DNA of 62,101 bases, the filler included, from Choristocarpus tenellus KU-1152 (lineage: Eukaryota > Protista > Phaeophyceae), in NCBI GenBank assembly GCA_964200185.2. It is 9 parts of 9 records of this genome, joined end to end, with 100 filler letters (N's around TTAATTAATTAA, not from the genome) between each part and the next. Parts side by side here need not be neighbours in the genome. Positions count along the whole stretch, not along the records: positions 1 to 9,982 come from CAXNAD020003227.1; positions 10,083 to 12,844 come from CAXNAD020024969.1; positions 12,945 to 16,446 come from CAXNAD020019594.1; 6 more parts are not named here. The stretch is one strand, 5' to 3'. The translations under genes and the position numbers were made by a program. Below are positions 1-13,468 of the stretch, in pieces. The notes under the pieces are model-generated. The model made no database searches. It was not told the origin of the DNA and was given only the letters and a program-made list of their open reading frames with translations. Every line of letters starts with the position of its first letter. The stretch's first letter is position 1.

Positions 1-40
1 CAAATGGACAGCCGCCACCCCCTCCCAGATACTTTGAGCC
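1..40 (+). mobile_element. Right end of a family B MITE; other partial ends at 9860-9890 and 22567-22597
   Basis: caaatggacagccgccaccccctcccagatactttgagcc. Confidence 0.8.
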
Positions 41-2034
41 TGACAGAAAAGCAAGTACCGTGTGACACTCAGTGCGATGTTAGGTGACGAGAAAGTGCGT
101 GTACTGTGGCACAGTAGCATGATCAAATTGCGCAATGGATCACGAGCCCGCGACATTGACACTTAGAGAAGATGCATTGGAAGCATTACCACACAAACGT
201 GGTTAAATCTTCAACCAAGTCAGAGCACTACTCTGCAGTCTCTGCCGCCTCCGGAAAGCAGGAAGAGGGCGGTAAGTCCATCACGAGGTGTGGTACAGTG
301 ATGAAGTCTGTGGGGAAGCCTGGTCACGGCAGGTAAAGGGAGAACCAGAGTGGCAGGCAGGTGGGAAGGTTGAGGAGGAGAGCAGTGCGACTGCATGCCA
401 TTGCGCTCAGGAAAACGCCTAAGCAAAACGCGGGTGTAGAATAACTTAGTAGTCGACAGTTGCAGCAGGCCCTGGCTGTTTGGAAGCTATGTGAGCCAGA
501 GTGGCTTAAGGAAACGAGAAAGAAGGCTTTAGGGTTAGGATACAAGGGCTCTGAAGGCCGAAAGAAGGTAACCCATTTCCGGCGCCCAACAAGGAAATGT
601 GATAGTAAAGGATCTAACACTGCGAATCCTGTACCTGTGTATGAACGACAGGAAAGACCGTCAAACGGCGCTCGAGATGGCAGCAGGATATGCGATGGTC
701 AGGTAGGAAACTGTGAGCAAATGAGATAGAGACTTCCTAACTAAGGGTCACGTCAAGGTGTCAGAGCAAGGGCATGACAAGAGGCATTTCGTTCTGGGCG
801 TCGACGAGGACATCCTTGCCGAGGTCAAAGAGTGGGTGCGCGAACACACAGGAAGAAAGAGTGGGAAGGCGTTTTTCCCGGCTAAACCCTATACTTGAAT
901 CAAGAAATAATAGTTTATCTGTTGACACTCTTGGTGACCTACAATCCGGGGCTTGAACCCCAATATGAGCGCTCTTTCTTCAAAAATAGAAAAAATGGAG
1001 AAAAATTGAATCCCGTACTCTGGAGGGCATTGTGACGGGCGTCACGAGTATGCTTTTATTTTTTTAATCCGATGTGTACATCAAACGTTATGATGGGACA
1101 ACCCCAGATGCATAAGCAACTGGTACGACTATATGTTGCGTACTCCTGGTGTCAACCAGCTTTGCTGCTTACTTTGTTATATTTTGCTTAACTTTAGAGA
1201 TGGGTTTGGGGAAAAAGGGTTGGTCAAGTAGTGAAAAAAAAATGCAAGTTTGCTCGATATAAGAGAGAATTGGAAGGGAAATGCCGAAACCTCTCTTATA
1301 GCATGAAAACTCTTGACAAGGCGGTTTACCCTCTCTTATATCACGTATTCTCTTATATCGACCTCTCTTATATAATACAGCCTCTATATAGGGAAATAAA
1401 CACTCCCATGTCAAACGTAGAACCTCATCTATAAAAATATGGGTGAATTACAAAAGATTGAAAAACAGACTTCAAATGCAAAACGCCCCAAACCTGGGTA
1501 CCCCTCATTTACTTCAGCTCAAGCACGTTTAAGAGATGGGAACTCTTGTGTTTGGTACATTGTTATTGTTGAGAGTTTGAGAGTGATAATAATAAAAGTA
1601 TTTAAAGGGAAGTCCATATGTTCAAGTGCTTGTTGAATGAAGACTTTTTTTTTCGAAAGCCAAGTTGTGAAAGTCAAAAACTACATATTAAAGATGGGGG
1701 TCTAACCTACGAAGTGTATCATGTGGTATGGGCAAGCCAAAGGTTCGCATACACTGGACTCTTTTACAAGTGGACCTTATTCAACGTTTTCTTGTGATGT
1801 TGGGGAGATAGACCATCTGAAAGAGTTAGTGAGAGTGGTGAAAGCCGACCCTTTGGGGTCAAATGATAAACTCGATCTGGAAACGAAAGGGGAGTGGGGT
1901 GTGTTTCCTTTCATTGTTCATCGACTTTCTTACCCTCCCCGTTGCACAAGGGGGGAAGGTGGTGGGTTTCAAGGTGACCCTCAGTACATGAATGGTGGCT
2001 TCACACCATACTCTTACCTGATTCCACGACCAAA

Positions 2035-2270
2035 AAGCCAAAGTATTTGAGAGGTAGGCAAAGTTCCATTTTAAGGATCCCAAGAAATGGCAAAAGGACG
2101 TCATTCTGTACAAATTGCAGAAGGAGCCTTTGCTCAATTGTGATGTCACCAATTTTGCCTACACTATTGTGCACATAAAGCAATGAAATAGGGTGTATTG
2201 AACAGGGCAAGAAAGATGGCTTAGAATACAAAAATGATCACTCTTCCCTACCTTGCAATTGCTTCGGCTC
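2035..2270 (+). mobile_element. MITE family C
   Basis: AGCCAAAGTATTTGAGAGGTAGG...CCTACCTTGCAATTGCTTCGGCTC; TSD AAA; homologous to 3993-4254. Confidence 0.78.
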
Positions 2271-2420
2271 AAAGCGGAGGCGTACTCAGTCTGTCCATAA
2301 TGAATCTATGCCGTCACGATCCAGAATTAATATCTACCCACCCCATGCACACAGTTGTCCGTAAACCAGAGTAACAGACAATCGCGTCCAGCCACCATTA
2401 TTTGTGGTCTTGTCTTGCTT

Positions 2421-2985
2421 AGGGTTGCGAATATGTGCATTCAACCCTTTCTTTTGGGCTTTCCTTCTAGGGTCACGAACGCATGTTCAATCCTAAACCT
2501 TGAGGTTGCAGAAACTTCTTTCCAATTTTTTAACCTTGGGTCAGTAGGGTCGCAAACGTGTGCATTCAGCCTTCTATTATTTGGCCTTGCCTTCTTAGGG
2601 TTGCAAACATTCGCGTTCACCCTGGTGTCGTAATGTCCTGGACACACGTGTCCAACCTTTTTTGACCTTGCCCACAAAGGTCGCGAACACGCGTGTTCGA
2701 ACCTGGCATATAATGGTCGCAGACATGGAAATTCGGCGACAGCCCTGCTGGTCAAACCCTTAGAAAATGCCTTTCCGAGGTGGCTCACAGTCCAACCCCG
2801 ATCATGTTACAACTATATAACCAGTCAAGTGTTAAGTCCTGTGAATTTTGATGTCTACGTTTTTTTTGTAAAATTCGAGGAACAATACTATTTTTGTTAT
2901 TCTTTCTATTTTAGAAAAATTGTGAGTCCAACCTTTTCTCTTTTGAACTTGCATCCTAGGGTCACCAATATGCACGTTCAAACCT
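2421..2985 (+). repeat. Six degenerate ~26-bp motifs (AGGGTYRCRAA...RTTCAACC) with irregular spacing
   Basis: Copies near 2421, 2469, 2546, 2597, 2677 and 2958. Confidence 0.7.
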
Positions 2986-3992
2986 TGCATCCCCTCAGCC
3001 CTCTTTTCTCTCGCTCCTGCCCCTTATTCAGCATGCATGAGACATGTCCTCTTTACAAGGGTAGTTGACAAATGGCACTCTCTTGACTTTGATGGCTCCC
3101 TTGCACAGATCAAGCACAGTGCGTCCTGCACTGCACCAGACTTGGTAGCAATACAAGAATGGCTAGATAGACTTACTGAGAAATGCCTCTTCACTTCCGA
3201 GCAGGCAGGTCCAGGTGTTGCTTTTTTTGCAAGGTGGAAGAATAAATCTCCTTTGTTAGGGGGACCTACCGTAGGAGAAAATAGGAAGCTCATGAAGGAA
3301 GTCATTGTGCTTATCAAGATGTGCACAAGAGCATCAGCTGCATCTGCCACTAGTCCAAGTAGGTCAAACGTGTCCTGTGACCCGACCCCTACATACCAGC
3401 TTAGTGCCACAAGCTTGGCCATACCTCATTCAATACTACTTGGCTCAGTCTGTCGAAATTGTCAGAGAGCAAGCAAATTTGACCATCATGAGCACCGGCC
3501 TTGCCCTCATAATGAGTGTAATTTCTCCCATCACGATGGCTATGTGTCCGGTGATGACTACAATTGATGTAGCTTGAGCAAAGGTTAGCTCAACACACAC
3601 ACACACACACATCTTCTTGCTTCTTCAGTACAACAAACTCCCTCTTTCCTCTTTACTGCCTCCTGCCTCACCCCCCCCATCCGACCTGCCCGAAAATTTC
3701 CGGCCAACCGCAACTCCCTGTGGTGTACACCATTCTTGTCCACACGACATTTTCCCCCTGAAAGTAGCTTTTGCTCGTTTCTTGGCTTGCTCTTTGTGGG
3801 TTTACAGTCGACACAGTTCGCCACCGTGCCAGATGCTCTTCCCCCCCCTCCCTTTCTTGTCTCTATATTTCCCTCTCTAACTCTTATATTTCATAATCAT
3901 TGATATGGTACGCCATGGCCCCCACCTTCCACCCACCACCTTCCATGGTTTGCCTTTTTCTTTAATTGCTTCATGGGCTTACAGGTAGCACA

Positions 3993-4254
3993 GAGCCAAA
4001 CCAATTCAGAGGTAGGCAGGGTTACATTTTAAGGATCCCAAGAAAGGACAATAATATGCCATTTTGCACTATTACAGAAAGAACATATGCTGAATTGTGG
4101 TGTCACCTTGATTGTGCAGGAAGGGGGGATACCAATTTTGTATCCACATTGTTTACATAGAACAATGAAATGAAGTGTATTGCACAGGGTAAGAAAGATG
4201 GCTCTGAATCCAAAAAAGGGTCCAAACCTGTCTATCTCACAATTGCTTTGACTC
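3993..4254 (+). mobile_element. MITE family C
   Basis: GAGCCAAA...CTTTGACTC; TSD ACA. Confidence 0.78.
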
Positions 4255-5017
4255 ACAGTTCCTCCCCTGCTTCCCCTTAACTGACTGATCTGTCAAGATT
4301 GGGGTTATTCCTGAGTTTGGCGTTGAGAGGCACCATCAAGGGAAGGGTCTCTTAGAGCAACTCTCAGATTCTTGAACGAAGGTTATTTGCGGGTCCTGTA
4401 TAACTTACAGGCTTGTTTTTGTTATTTCATGTTTTAATAATGTATTTATAGAATTGTATAGGTGTATGATGTAAGAGTACTTATCTTGAGTAACGACGTA
4501 CAAATGCAGTAAATTATCTCCTGCCAAACGACATGAAATGCTGTTCTTACCTCATTGCCACCTAATCCTCCATTAATAAATTGCACGTGTTCTGGATGAG
4601 AGAATATGGGGAATTCTCATTGAGGATCCATTTCATTCTCTCCGTCGCAAGTATGCCTAAAGTTGTGGCGTACCCTAGAGTTAGCCGCTGGATCCCCATC
4701 CCCTCCGATGAGGATAAACTCTGCCATTAGTGAGTTCAAGCCCCGAGTCGGCCTCTGTAGAGCACGTTTCCAACGTACTACGCCTCGTGTATGTACCTAG
4801 AATGCCCTCCCGTTGTATGTGCTGAGTCAGAAGTTGGAGTACGATGCGTGGTGTACTTGACAGGCCCGAAGACTGTAAACCTGAACAACAACTTTCGCAC
4901 TGTGGTTTGAGTTGTCAGAAAGACCACCCTCGGCGTAAATATTGATAACGTGACACATAGTAGTTACTTTTATCGTTGGTCTCTTTCGTCCCCCCATCAC
5001 CACTTATGCGTTCACAG

Positions 5018-8000
5018 CACTACTAGGAGGTGAAGTTTATCTTTTTGGTGGCCTCAACGCTGGGCCTTCGCAATCTATGTGGGTGTTTAACGTGAGGAAG
5101 AGGTTGTGGCGCCCTGTCCAGGTTGCGAAGGGGAAGCCGCCAGCACCACGGCACGGTCACACAATGATATGTGAGGGGCTACACATTTAAACAAATCATC
5201 CTGTTTTCTTCCAAGATTGCCATTGAAACCGTCTCCGAAACACAAATTCAGCATTAGGTCAACAATCAGGCGACCAGTTTAGATGTGAGTGAGAGAATGT
5301 GGCAACATTTTTCTGACGAGTACAGGCCGCTCAACTGCAAAAATAACCATAGAAGTCGTTGGCATTGTGTCACATACTCGCACACAGAGTCCAGATCTTG
5401 AAACTATATACTTCACACCACCTTCACACCACGTTGTGACGAGCCCACCTTTTAATGTTCACCAGATTAGAATTGAATATGACTGAGCTTTTGGCAGTAG
5501 TTGCTTGGCTTAGGAGCCTATAGATCTATGATATCACCAAGCAACACGAAGATTTCTAAATTTATGACTGTGAAAGCATATCACCTACTCCACTCCCTTG
5601 GCGTCCACTGGGGTCGTGCAGGATTGAGGGCCAGTTTAGGTACAGTTCCAGCTGTAAATCCTATTTGACCTGCCTGTCATACTACATAATCTGAGCAATA
5701 CCACTTGACCTCTTTAGTTGAGGTGTAAAGACTTCCACTTCATTAATCAGTGACAGCAAAGCAAGAGCATGTATGTATTATATTTCTACTACGTAGTTGA
5801 AAATGCAAGTCTGAAGTGCAGTGAGGTATGAATATTTTTCGAGGTGACACGTTATCTCCAAGGTTTAGTTCAAACCTGGCTTGCAGGTAATCTTTTGCAT
5901 TCCCCAAATCCTTCGTACTTCCTACCAATGTTCTTTGTCATATCCTATCCCAAACTTATCCTCATGGGCCTACAGCAGCAGTTGCCCTTCCCAATCCCCC
6001 CACACACGTTCCTGAGTAGGGGATGGCCTTTCCTCACATTGGGTTTTGGGGGGTCAGGGAGCAGAGACAGCAGATGCTGATTCTTCACGCACACACCAGG
6101 GCATCAAGATCAGAACACTAGCTAAGCGCACATGCTACAACGACTTCCTGGAGTTCAACACAGAGACAAGGTATTGTACATGTTTCGAAGGCCAAACCAG
6201 GCAAGATCTGTACTACTGTCTCCCCCCTCTCTTCATCTCCCTCTGTCCTCTACACAACCAAGGGAAAGGCACACAACTTGTGAGCTAAGATTTGTTTCTT
6301 CTTGTATGTGAAAGAAACTGCACCTACTCAAACTTCTCTATGGTTCCTTTTCTCAAGGGTCAAAGTATCATAGAGGGTAGAGCCTCATCTATTTGGGGTC
6401 CACAACCCGATGTTGCAATTTTAATGTAATTTTGGCTATCGTGTTTTTTAGAAAGTGTTAACATCCATGTTCTGGACCTACCTTTTCATAATGTCTATAT
6501 TCTACCTACTCCTAACCATTTCGTATTAGGAAAATGTCATAATAAAATCCATGGGAAGCCAAGACCCAAATGGACAAACAGGGCAAACTCGTACCCTCTA
6601 AGATACTTTCACTCCAATGGACCAGTGGAGTTGATTGTGCAACACCAGGTCGTATTATATCAAATCTTGGCATTCCCGTGATGTGTATGACTTCAAAAGA
6701 ACTTGTCCAAGTATTTTCACATGTCTCTGTGCCACACAAGATGCTGTGGGTGAGCAAGTGATATGGAGCCCCTTCACCTCCAACAACTAGTAGCTGCATG
6801 ATAAAGAGTTCTCTAGGTAAAAGAAAAACAAATTACAAACAATACTTCCAACGTATCCAACTAAATGTGGTACCGCACACCACGCCAACAGTTCGATTTT
6901 CCTTTGAAGAACTTTGTGGATTCCCATCTCTCTCTCGCATCCTGACCCAAAGTAACTGGGGGGTGGGGGGGTGGGGGTCTACATCAGGGTGTCCATTTGG
7001 TCCATTACTAGGAAAAGTGCACGTACATTATCTGTCCAACGTATGCAACCAAATCGCGACATGGAAAAAATTGACCCCAAATGGACAGCTGCCACCCTCC
7101 CCAGATACTTTCAACCCCTCATGTCTATATCAACCCTCGTTCTCCAATTTGTTCCTGTTGTCTGAATCATACCGCAATTGTATCAGTCCATGTCAAATCA
7201 AACATGTACAAATCTATCCCTCATACTCCGAGTATATCCTCTACTGCTGATGCAGTATAAAACCCAACTCCCCATTCTCCACAACCCAACCTCATTTCAC
7301 AATAACAATACACTTTGCATCATCTCTACCATATAGGGAATGGCTGGATCATGTACAAGCAGGCGTGTGTCCCACCTCTCGTAGGGGACACACTGCAACC
7401 CTTGTCCTTGATCGGTGTCCAATGCTTGCTGAGTCACCTCCTAATCAGGTCCTGCACCAGGACCTTGGCACTGGGGGTTCCCTGTCAAGCCAGACACACA
7501 TTTCCAACTCTAACCACGGATCGCACAGTAGGAGAGTAGATGAGATTAACACCCTGGCTTCAGGATCTAGGGTCAGCAGCAACCATCAAGGGGTTGGGCA
7601 GGAGGAGGGCATTGATGGGCATCAAATGTTGGGCTATGAAAAGCATGGACAAGGGCTGGGGTGTAGGCAAGGAAAAAAGCATAGGTGTCAAGAGGACACC
7701 TCAACCAGAGAAATGGGGAGGCATCGGTCTAGAGAGATGTTCATGATTGGTGGAGCTGGAACTGATCCCATCAGGGTAAGACTGCTGAAGGAAAGGGCAT
7801 AGCAATGGAATAGGGCATGGAAACATTAGTTGTCACATAGACAAAACCAAGAACTCCACAATACGGTGCAAATTAGCATCTTTGGTTCAGTATAGAGAGA
7901 GGCTATGGGTAATGACCCAGCTGGTTTTGTTTTAAAATATTATGAGCTTCACACAATTTCTTGGTGTTACAGCATCTTTGCACTTCGCAGATGGTGCTAC

Positions 8001-8769
8001 CAGTAGTGATAACAATGAAGTCAGAGTTCAAGCTGAAACAAATTGCTGTAGATTGTTGCTGATGCAGTTTTGAGTGAAGCTAGCTAAGCTAAAACTTGAT
8101 AGTTCATTAATCAAATGTTCTGGCAACATTTTTTTTTTTTCAGTAAGGTTGTAACGTCAATGGCTTTGCTGTTGATTGGCAACAAGCTACCTGATCATTC
8201 CTCTCTATCATGATTCCTGGTGGAAAGATCAATAGGGCATTAAATAATCCAGAGCCAAATCTGTCTTTCCACACGAATATCACTGATGGTCAACCTTATT
8301 CTACTTCTTCACAACTCGTTTGATATCCTCTTATCCTGAATCCAAAACTCCCAGAACATGGAAGTCGTGCACACCCAGCTATGGATTTTCAATTTTGACA
8401 GTGAGACCTGGACGTGTGTTGCAGATGGAAAGGAGGGGAACGGTCCCCCACCTCCAGGAGTATTTGATCATTCCACCACCATGGTTGGGAAAGATGTCTT
8501 GGTGGTGGTAGGAGGTGTTATGGTTGGTCGGGCATGCAACAGTGAGGTAAGCTCAGAGGAGTATTTTGAGAGTGACTGAGTTAATTGTGGGTGCAACTTA
8601 TATAAATACACGGCATAATTAAGTACAGTAATTCAGGCTTGATAAAGTAGCAGCATAAGCATATCCAAAAAATTGCATGCCCAGAAAACTATTATCTGGT
8701 ACATTTCAGGTACTCGAGGGTACATGCTGTAATATCTTGCCATCTCCAAATTGTATACTCTGGGGAATG

Positions 8770-8800
<31 letters not shown>

Positions 8801-9581
8801 TTTTATCACCACCCCTCCCTTACTCGACCTCCTTCATCACCTCTACCTCTATTTCAACATCAACATCAATCATCTCTCCAGTCCTGCTCCATCTGCCTCT
8901 TTCTCACTCACCCCCTCACTCTTCTTCCCATAAAACCAACATTGGTTACTTCGTTTTTGCCTCTCTCCTATTTTCTTTTCATCAAGGTTCATCTCCTCTC
9001 CCTTGCCACACTCACTTGGTTCACACTGAACCTTAATCCCTTGAGTTTTAAACCCCCTTCAATACATGGTCACACTGCTGTTGAGGACCCTGCCAAAAGT
9101 GGGAGGCTGATCGTCTTTGGGGGTAGGGGGGCATCCCATTGGAATACAGAGGTACTGTAAGTCAGGAAATGCAGTTTTCAGTTGCCAAAATGGTGATCTT
9201 ACAACTAGATCTCAACATCCCTTGTCCCCAACCCAGAGAGTCACTCTCTCACCTCGTGACACCATATCTACTCAAGTGTCGATTCTCACTCCCAGTATTT
9301 GATTGCTTTTTGGAAAGAAGGTGCTGACCCTGACATTTTCTACTGGTCTATGGAGTAAGGCCGTGGTATCCTCGTCCACCACCCTAGGTGTGGGGCAGGT
9401 TGGGGGTCGAAGAGAGGGGAGGGCTGCCCCTGTGCCTCACCAGCGCAATGGTCACGTCTGCTTTGTTTGGGACCTTAGCGATGAAGCCTCAACAGGGTGT
9501 AAACAAGGTGGGCCCAGGCCTATGGGAAATGAGGGCGGAAGACCAGGGGCACTGATGGAACAAGGGCAAGGGGGCATGGAG
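5018..9581 (+). CDS. Kelch-repeat beta-propeller protein, partial multi-exon gene. Exons ~5018-5170, 6020-6170, 7337-7775, 8355-8546, 8987-9151, 9321-9581; both ends incomplete.
   Basis: Phase-compatible AG/GT exons translate to repeated Kelch motifs: EVYLFGG...W...PPAPRHGHTM, WVLGG...CYNDFLEFNTETREW, CPTSRRGHTATLV...MFMIGG, LWIFNFDSETW...FDHSTTMVGKDVLVVVGG, PPSIHGHTAV...LIVFGG, HQRNGHVC. Confidence 0.9.
6357..6614 (+). mobile_element. MITE family A (~258 bp)
   Basis: TIR GGGTCAAAGTATC / GATACTTTCACTC; TSD CAA; in a Kelch-gene intron. Confidence 0.9.
6944..7116 (+). mobile_element. MITE family B (~175 bp, G-tract TIRs)
   Basis: GACCCAAAGTAACTGGGG...CCCCAGATACTTTCAACC; TSD CCT. Confidence 0.85.
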
Positions 9582-9873
9582 GTGAGGGACTTCAAATATG
9601 TAGTGGGAACCTATTGGCTGGAGAATTTGGCACTGAGAGTACATCGGTGTTTGCAGCTTTGGAGTATCAACAAAAAACATAACATGGTGTAACATTCATC
9701 CTTTGATATCATCATAGCCCTTAACCTTGGTCAGGCGGTGCCCTTGCCATAATGTTTGGTATGAGTTATGATGTGTACTTCGGAGTACGTACATATATAT
9801 CTATACTTGAGCAATTTTTTCTGTCTGTCCTACAATGATTCCCTTACACTCCTGAATATGGGTCAAAGTATCT

Positions 9874-9919
<46 letters not shown>

Positions 9920-9982
9920 GGTGGAAAAAAAAATTTTTTTTTTTGATATTTTAATACAAGAACAGAAAAGGGGGGGGAGGAA

Positions 9983-10082
9983 NNNNNNNNNNNNNNNNNN
10001 NNNNNNNNNNNNNNNNNNNNNNNNNNTTAATTAATTAANNNNNNNNNNNNNNNNNNNNNNNNNNNNNNNNNNNNNNNNNNNN
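9983..10082. other. Artificial contig linker N-TTAATTAATTAA-N; also at ~12845, 16447, 22467, 26518, 45603, 55471 and 58505
   Basis: Identical ~100-nt spacer with stop codons in all six frames. Confidence 0.97.
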
Positions 10083-12804
10083 CTCCTCCCCCCCTAGGGA
10101 TCTGCTGACTGTGAGCTTGAATTCCAGAGGGGGGACCTGGCATGCTGGTTCCAGAGGTTGAGTTGAGGCCCACGGGTTTGCCCCTTGTCCACACTGGCTC
10201 CAGTGGTGTGCTACAATGAGGAGCTTTTCCTCCCTTGGTGTGCTTCACTAGGCAGGCCGGCCAATTGTGTCCTGAAGGAGTCGAAACGGATCCTGTTCAG
10301 GAGGATAACGCCAGGATATGTACCTCTGGGCAGGTGCAGAGGATGTTGTTTCCCCCCTGGTAACCCTTGCCCAATGATTTCTACAAGATCTTCTAAGGGA
10401 TATCTGTAGAAAGGAGGGTGTGGATGGACAATCCTAAAGCCTGTACTGTGGGGCTCGTGCTAACAGCTTGTGAGAAGGACTCGCCATGAGGCCTTTGCTG
10501 CCTTGCTAGGAGGGTGGGGAGAATAGCCACAAGGGATCTTACAAAAGCCGCGTGTTGGTGGTGTTTCATAGAGGAGAGGCCCAGACCCCCCGCACTTATG
10601 GGCATCTGTGCCTGTACTTGTTGGTGGATCTCTAGGCGAAGAGACCCACTGTTACACCCTCCCTCGAAGAAATCCGTCACCTATGTCGAGTCAGTTACCT
10701 CCATTATCCTCTCCAGTGTCCATAATGAGGTGTTAGCTGCTTGCTCCATAATGGAGCGTGCCAGGAGCGGGGGAGTGACCCTCGCCAGATAGCCTAGGAG
10801 GGAGGAGAGGGACCAGGAGTTGAGGAGCCAGGACACTTGTTTGTCCTCCATCTCGCTGAGGTGTGCGGCCAAAGTTTGTGTCGCTGAGCTCTCGATCATC
10901 TCAGTCATATGGGCTTGGATAAAGCCATCTGTTCCCACGTGGACCAGTACTGAACTGAACCAATCAACTGGACCTTGGTTTCGTCCCCTCCTACAATCTT
11001 ATACTACTATTAAATATATATTTTGCTATACCCACCAAAATGTTAAGTGATGACGTAGACCACATGTGAACTCTACACCACACTACACCACATCATCTCA
11101 TAAAATGCGAAGGTACCTGCATAGTGCCATAGAGCGCTCTGTAGTGCTACGAAAACGACACACTGATTCACACACAATAGCATCTTTTTTGGCGAGTGCT
11201 ACGATAGGCCAAGATTAATAATTTGGCAAAACCATTAAGGTTCTGGGCTAAGTGGATTCCTGCGGTAGAAAGAAGCTCCAGGTCGGAGGGCGTGGGTTGG
11301 TGGCCCTGGGGAGGTGTGACAAAGGCCTTGTCCATATATAAGTCTATGCCTACCTCATGGAGTTCAGTTTTTAACTGTTCGAAAGCAGCTATGGTGGTAG
11401 GGTCGATCCCCCTTGCAGATATGGATGTGTCGTCCAGATAGCTCCAGGAGGAAATCCCTTGGGGTCCAAAAACTGATTGGACCTGTTGCAAGACCTTGTG
11501 TGTTGCCATGCAATATAAGAGGGGCCCCAGTAGGTCTCCCTGTTGTGCCCAAGATCTTGATGGTAGGATCTTCATCCCTTCCTCATCCAGGGGGAAAAGT
11601 AGATTGCGGGTGTCCTCATATACCTTGGAGACGTAAGGTATAGTCCTGGTAGAGTGTCTTGGAGGGCCTGGATGGAAACTCAGCGACGTACACTGTTCAA
11701 GGCATTCCTTCCGTCCAAACTGATGACCCATTCTCCGCACTCATTCCTGAGGTGGGTATCTAGGAGTGCACGTTCTACTCCATTTGGGACCCCGACGCCA
11801 AATTGTCCTACTCCACCGAAACATTCCTCCAGGTAGGGGCGCCATTCTGTGCCGAAAGCTGAAACACATGTCCTTCTGAAGAAAGACGACCCACAGGCAA
11901 CTATGCGGCACTTCTCCACAGTCTGGAATTTGTGTGAAGTGTCCGGAACTCTCGGGGCAGAGCGTCCGGGGAGGTGTAAGCTAGCTCCCATAGCTTTGCA
12001 AACGTCTCCACCACTTCTTCGTGACTGACATCTGTCGCGATGGCTGATCTGATGTGGCTAGGGTGCATACAGTCAGGGCCTGGTGCGGAGTTGTTATTAG
12101 CCCTCATGAAGCCTGTTCGATATGAAGTGGGGATGTACTCCCCTTCAGGGGCTGTACCTTTGTTCCCCAGATCCTGCATCCCCTTGTATCCTGTCTTTCG
12201 CTTCTGTGATGGCCTGCCAAAGCTCGTCCTGGTTCTCGCTCGGGTGTTTAGGTACCAATATATTGAACGTCTCCTCCGTCCCCAGGGCCCTGGGTTATGC
12301 TAGGAGCACGCTTTCCCCCTTGGTGACTCCTCCATGGTAGTGACCCAGAGCTGCAGCACGTTCCTGGTGGGATTTGGGGTCCTCTCTCGGGGTCTCCCTA
12401 CGTCTGTTGGTCCTCTGGGATCTTTCTAGTAGCCATGCAGCTAGCTCTTGGATGTTCCCTGAAGCCACCCGGGCAAACCTTTCCTCCCTCAAGAACTTTC
12501 CGTCGTTTGCCACTAAGAGGCCAGAGATCATATGGAAACGTTTGGACGCTCTGATGACCCCAATTGTTAGGGTCCGCCCCTCCAGCCTTGGGGAAGTTAC
12601 CTCATGTAACAGGAGATCCACTGTGTGCATGAGGGAGATTGCGTGGGTGGTGCGGAACCTGCCTGGGACGTTCTTAACCGTGGTGATGTTTAACCACTCC
12701 AGGGTCTCCATCTGGACTTGGTCAAGGGTAGAAGCTACACTTGGAGTGTGAACCCCCCAATGCAGACGTGCAAGTGGTGGTGGTGGTGGTGGCGATTGGA
12801 GCAA
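10083..12804 (-). mobile_element. Degenerate CRE-clade (RLE-type) non-LTR retrotransposon, RT region, with stops, frameshifts and a ~250-bp unrelated insert near 10960-11230
   Basis: RT motifs across frames: SAPGPDCM, GQFGVGVPNGVE...VISLDGRNALNSVRR, QQGDLLGPLLY, SYLDDT, QAQMPISAGGLGL. The 3' part (HWSQCGQGANPWASTQPLEP) matches the copy at 21006. Confidence 0.9.
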
Positions 12805-12973
12805 GGGAGGAGGTGGGGTGGGATGGAGGGTGTGGGGTGGGTTGNNNNNNNNNNNNNNNNNNNNNNNNNNNNNNNNNNNNNNNNNNNNTTAATTAATTAA
12901 NNNNNNNNNNNNNNNNNNNNNNNNNNNNNNNNNNNNNNNNNNNNGAACCCATACCCACCCCCTTCCACCATAC

Positions 12974-13468
12974 CTGTGAACAGTTATTGGCTGCGATACT
13001 CCCATCTAAGCTCTGGGCATAGGTGAGGGTGACGAAGGGCCTAGCAGGTCTATCCCCCGCCAGAATCCCCTCAGCATGCTCCCGCATAGCCACAGTCAGG
13101 GAAGTTAAAACTGTCTCCTCGATATGTTCAAGATTTTCCTCTGCTGAACACCCTCCTCTCAAAATCGTGCAAGGCAGATCCCAAGTCCTCATATCTTGGT
13201 GCTTCGAACGTACGAATAGGGTTCCCAGGTGGTTCTGTAAGGATGGGGAACTGAACATTTTTGATGAGGAGCACCACACAGTCAACGCGGCTAGAGCGAG
13301 TCGGAGGAAGGGGGCAGTGATGTTCGACCTTGGAAACCAAAGGAAACCACAAGAACTGCATGGGAGAGAACTAAGCCATTGCGGCGGGACAAGCGGGGGA
13401 TATCGAGTCCTACCCATAACCCTGCAGTCAGGATGGCACGGGTTCACTAAGGCACCCTCAGTGCTTTT
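12974..13468 (-). CDS. Exon encoding the start of a RibD C-terminal / RIB7-like reductase domain (riboflavin biosynthesis, DHFR fold)
   Basis: Signature RPFVTLTYAQSLDGSIAA followed by a CAG|GTATGG donor. The rest of the gene is lost at the contig end. Confidence 0.75.

Noticed and set aside
2421-2985. CRISPR-like repeat/spacer pattern
   Set aside because: Repeats are too degenerate, spacing is irregular, there are no cas genes, and the context is eukaryotic.
10027-10038. Recurrent TTAATTAATTAA motif
   Set aside because: Artificial six-frame-stop linker between contigs.
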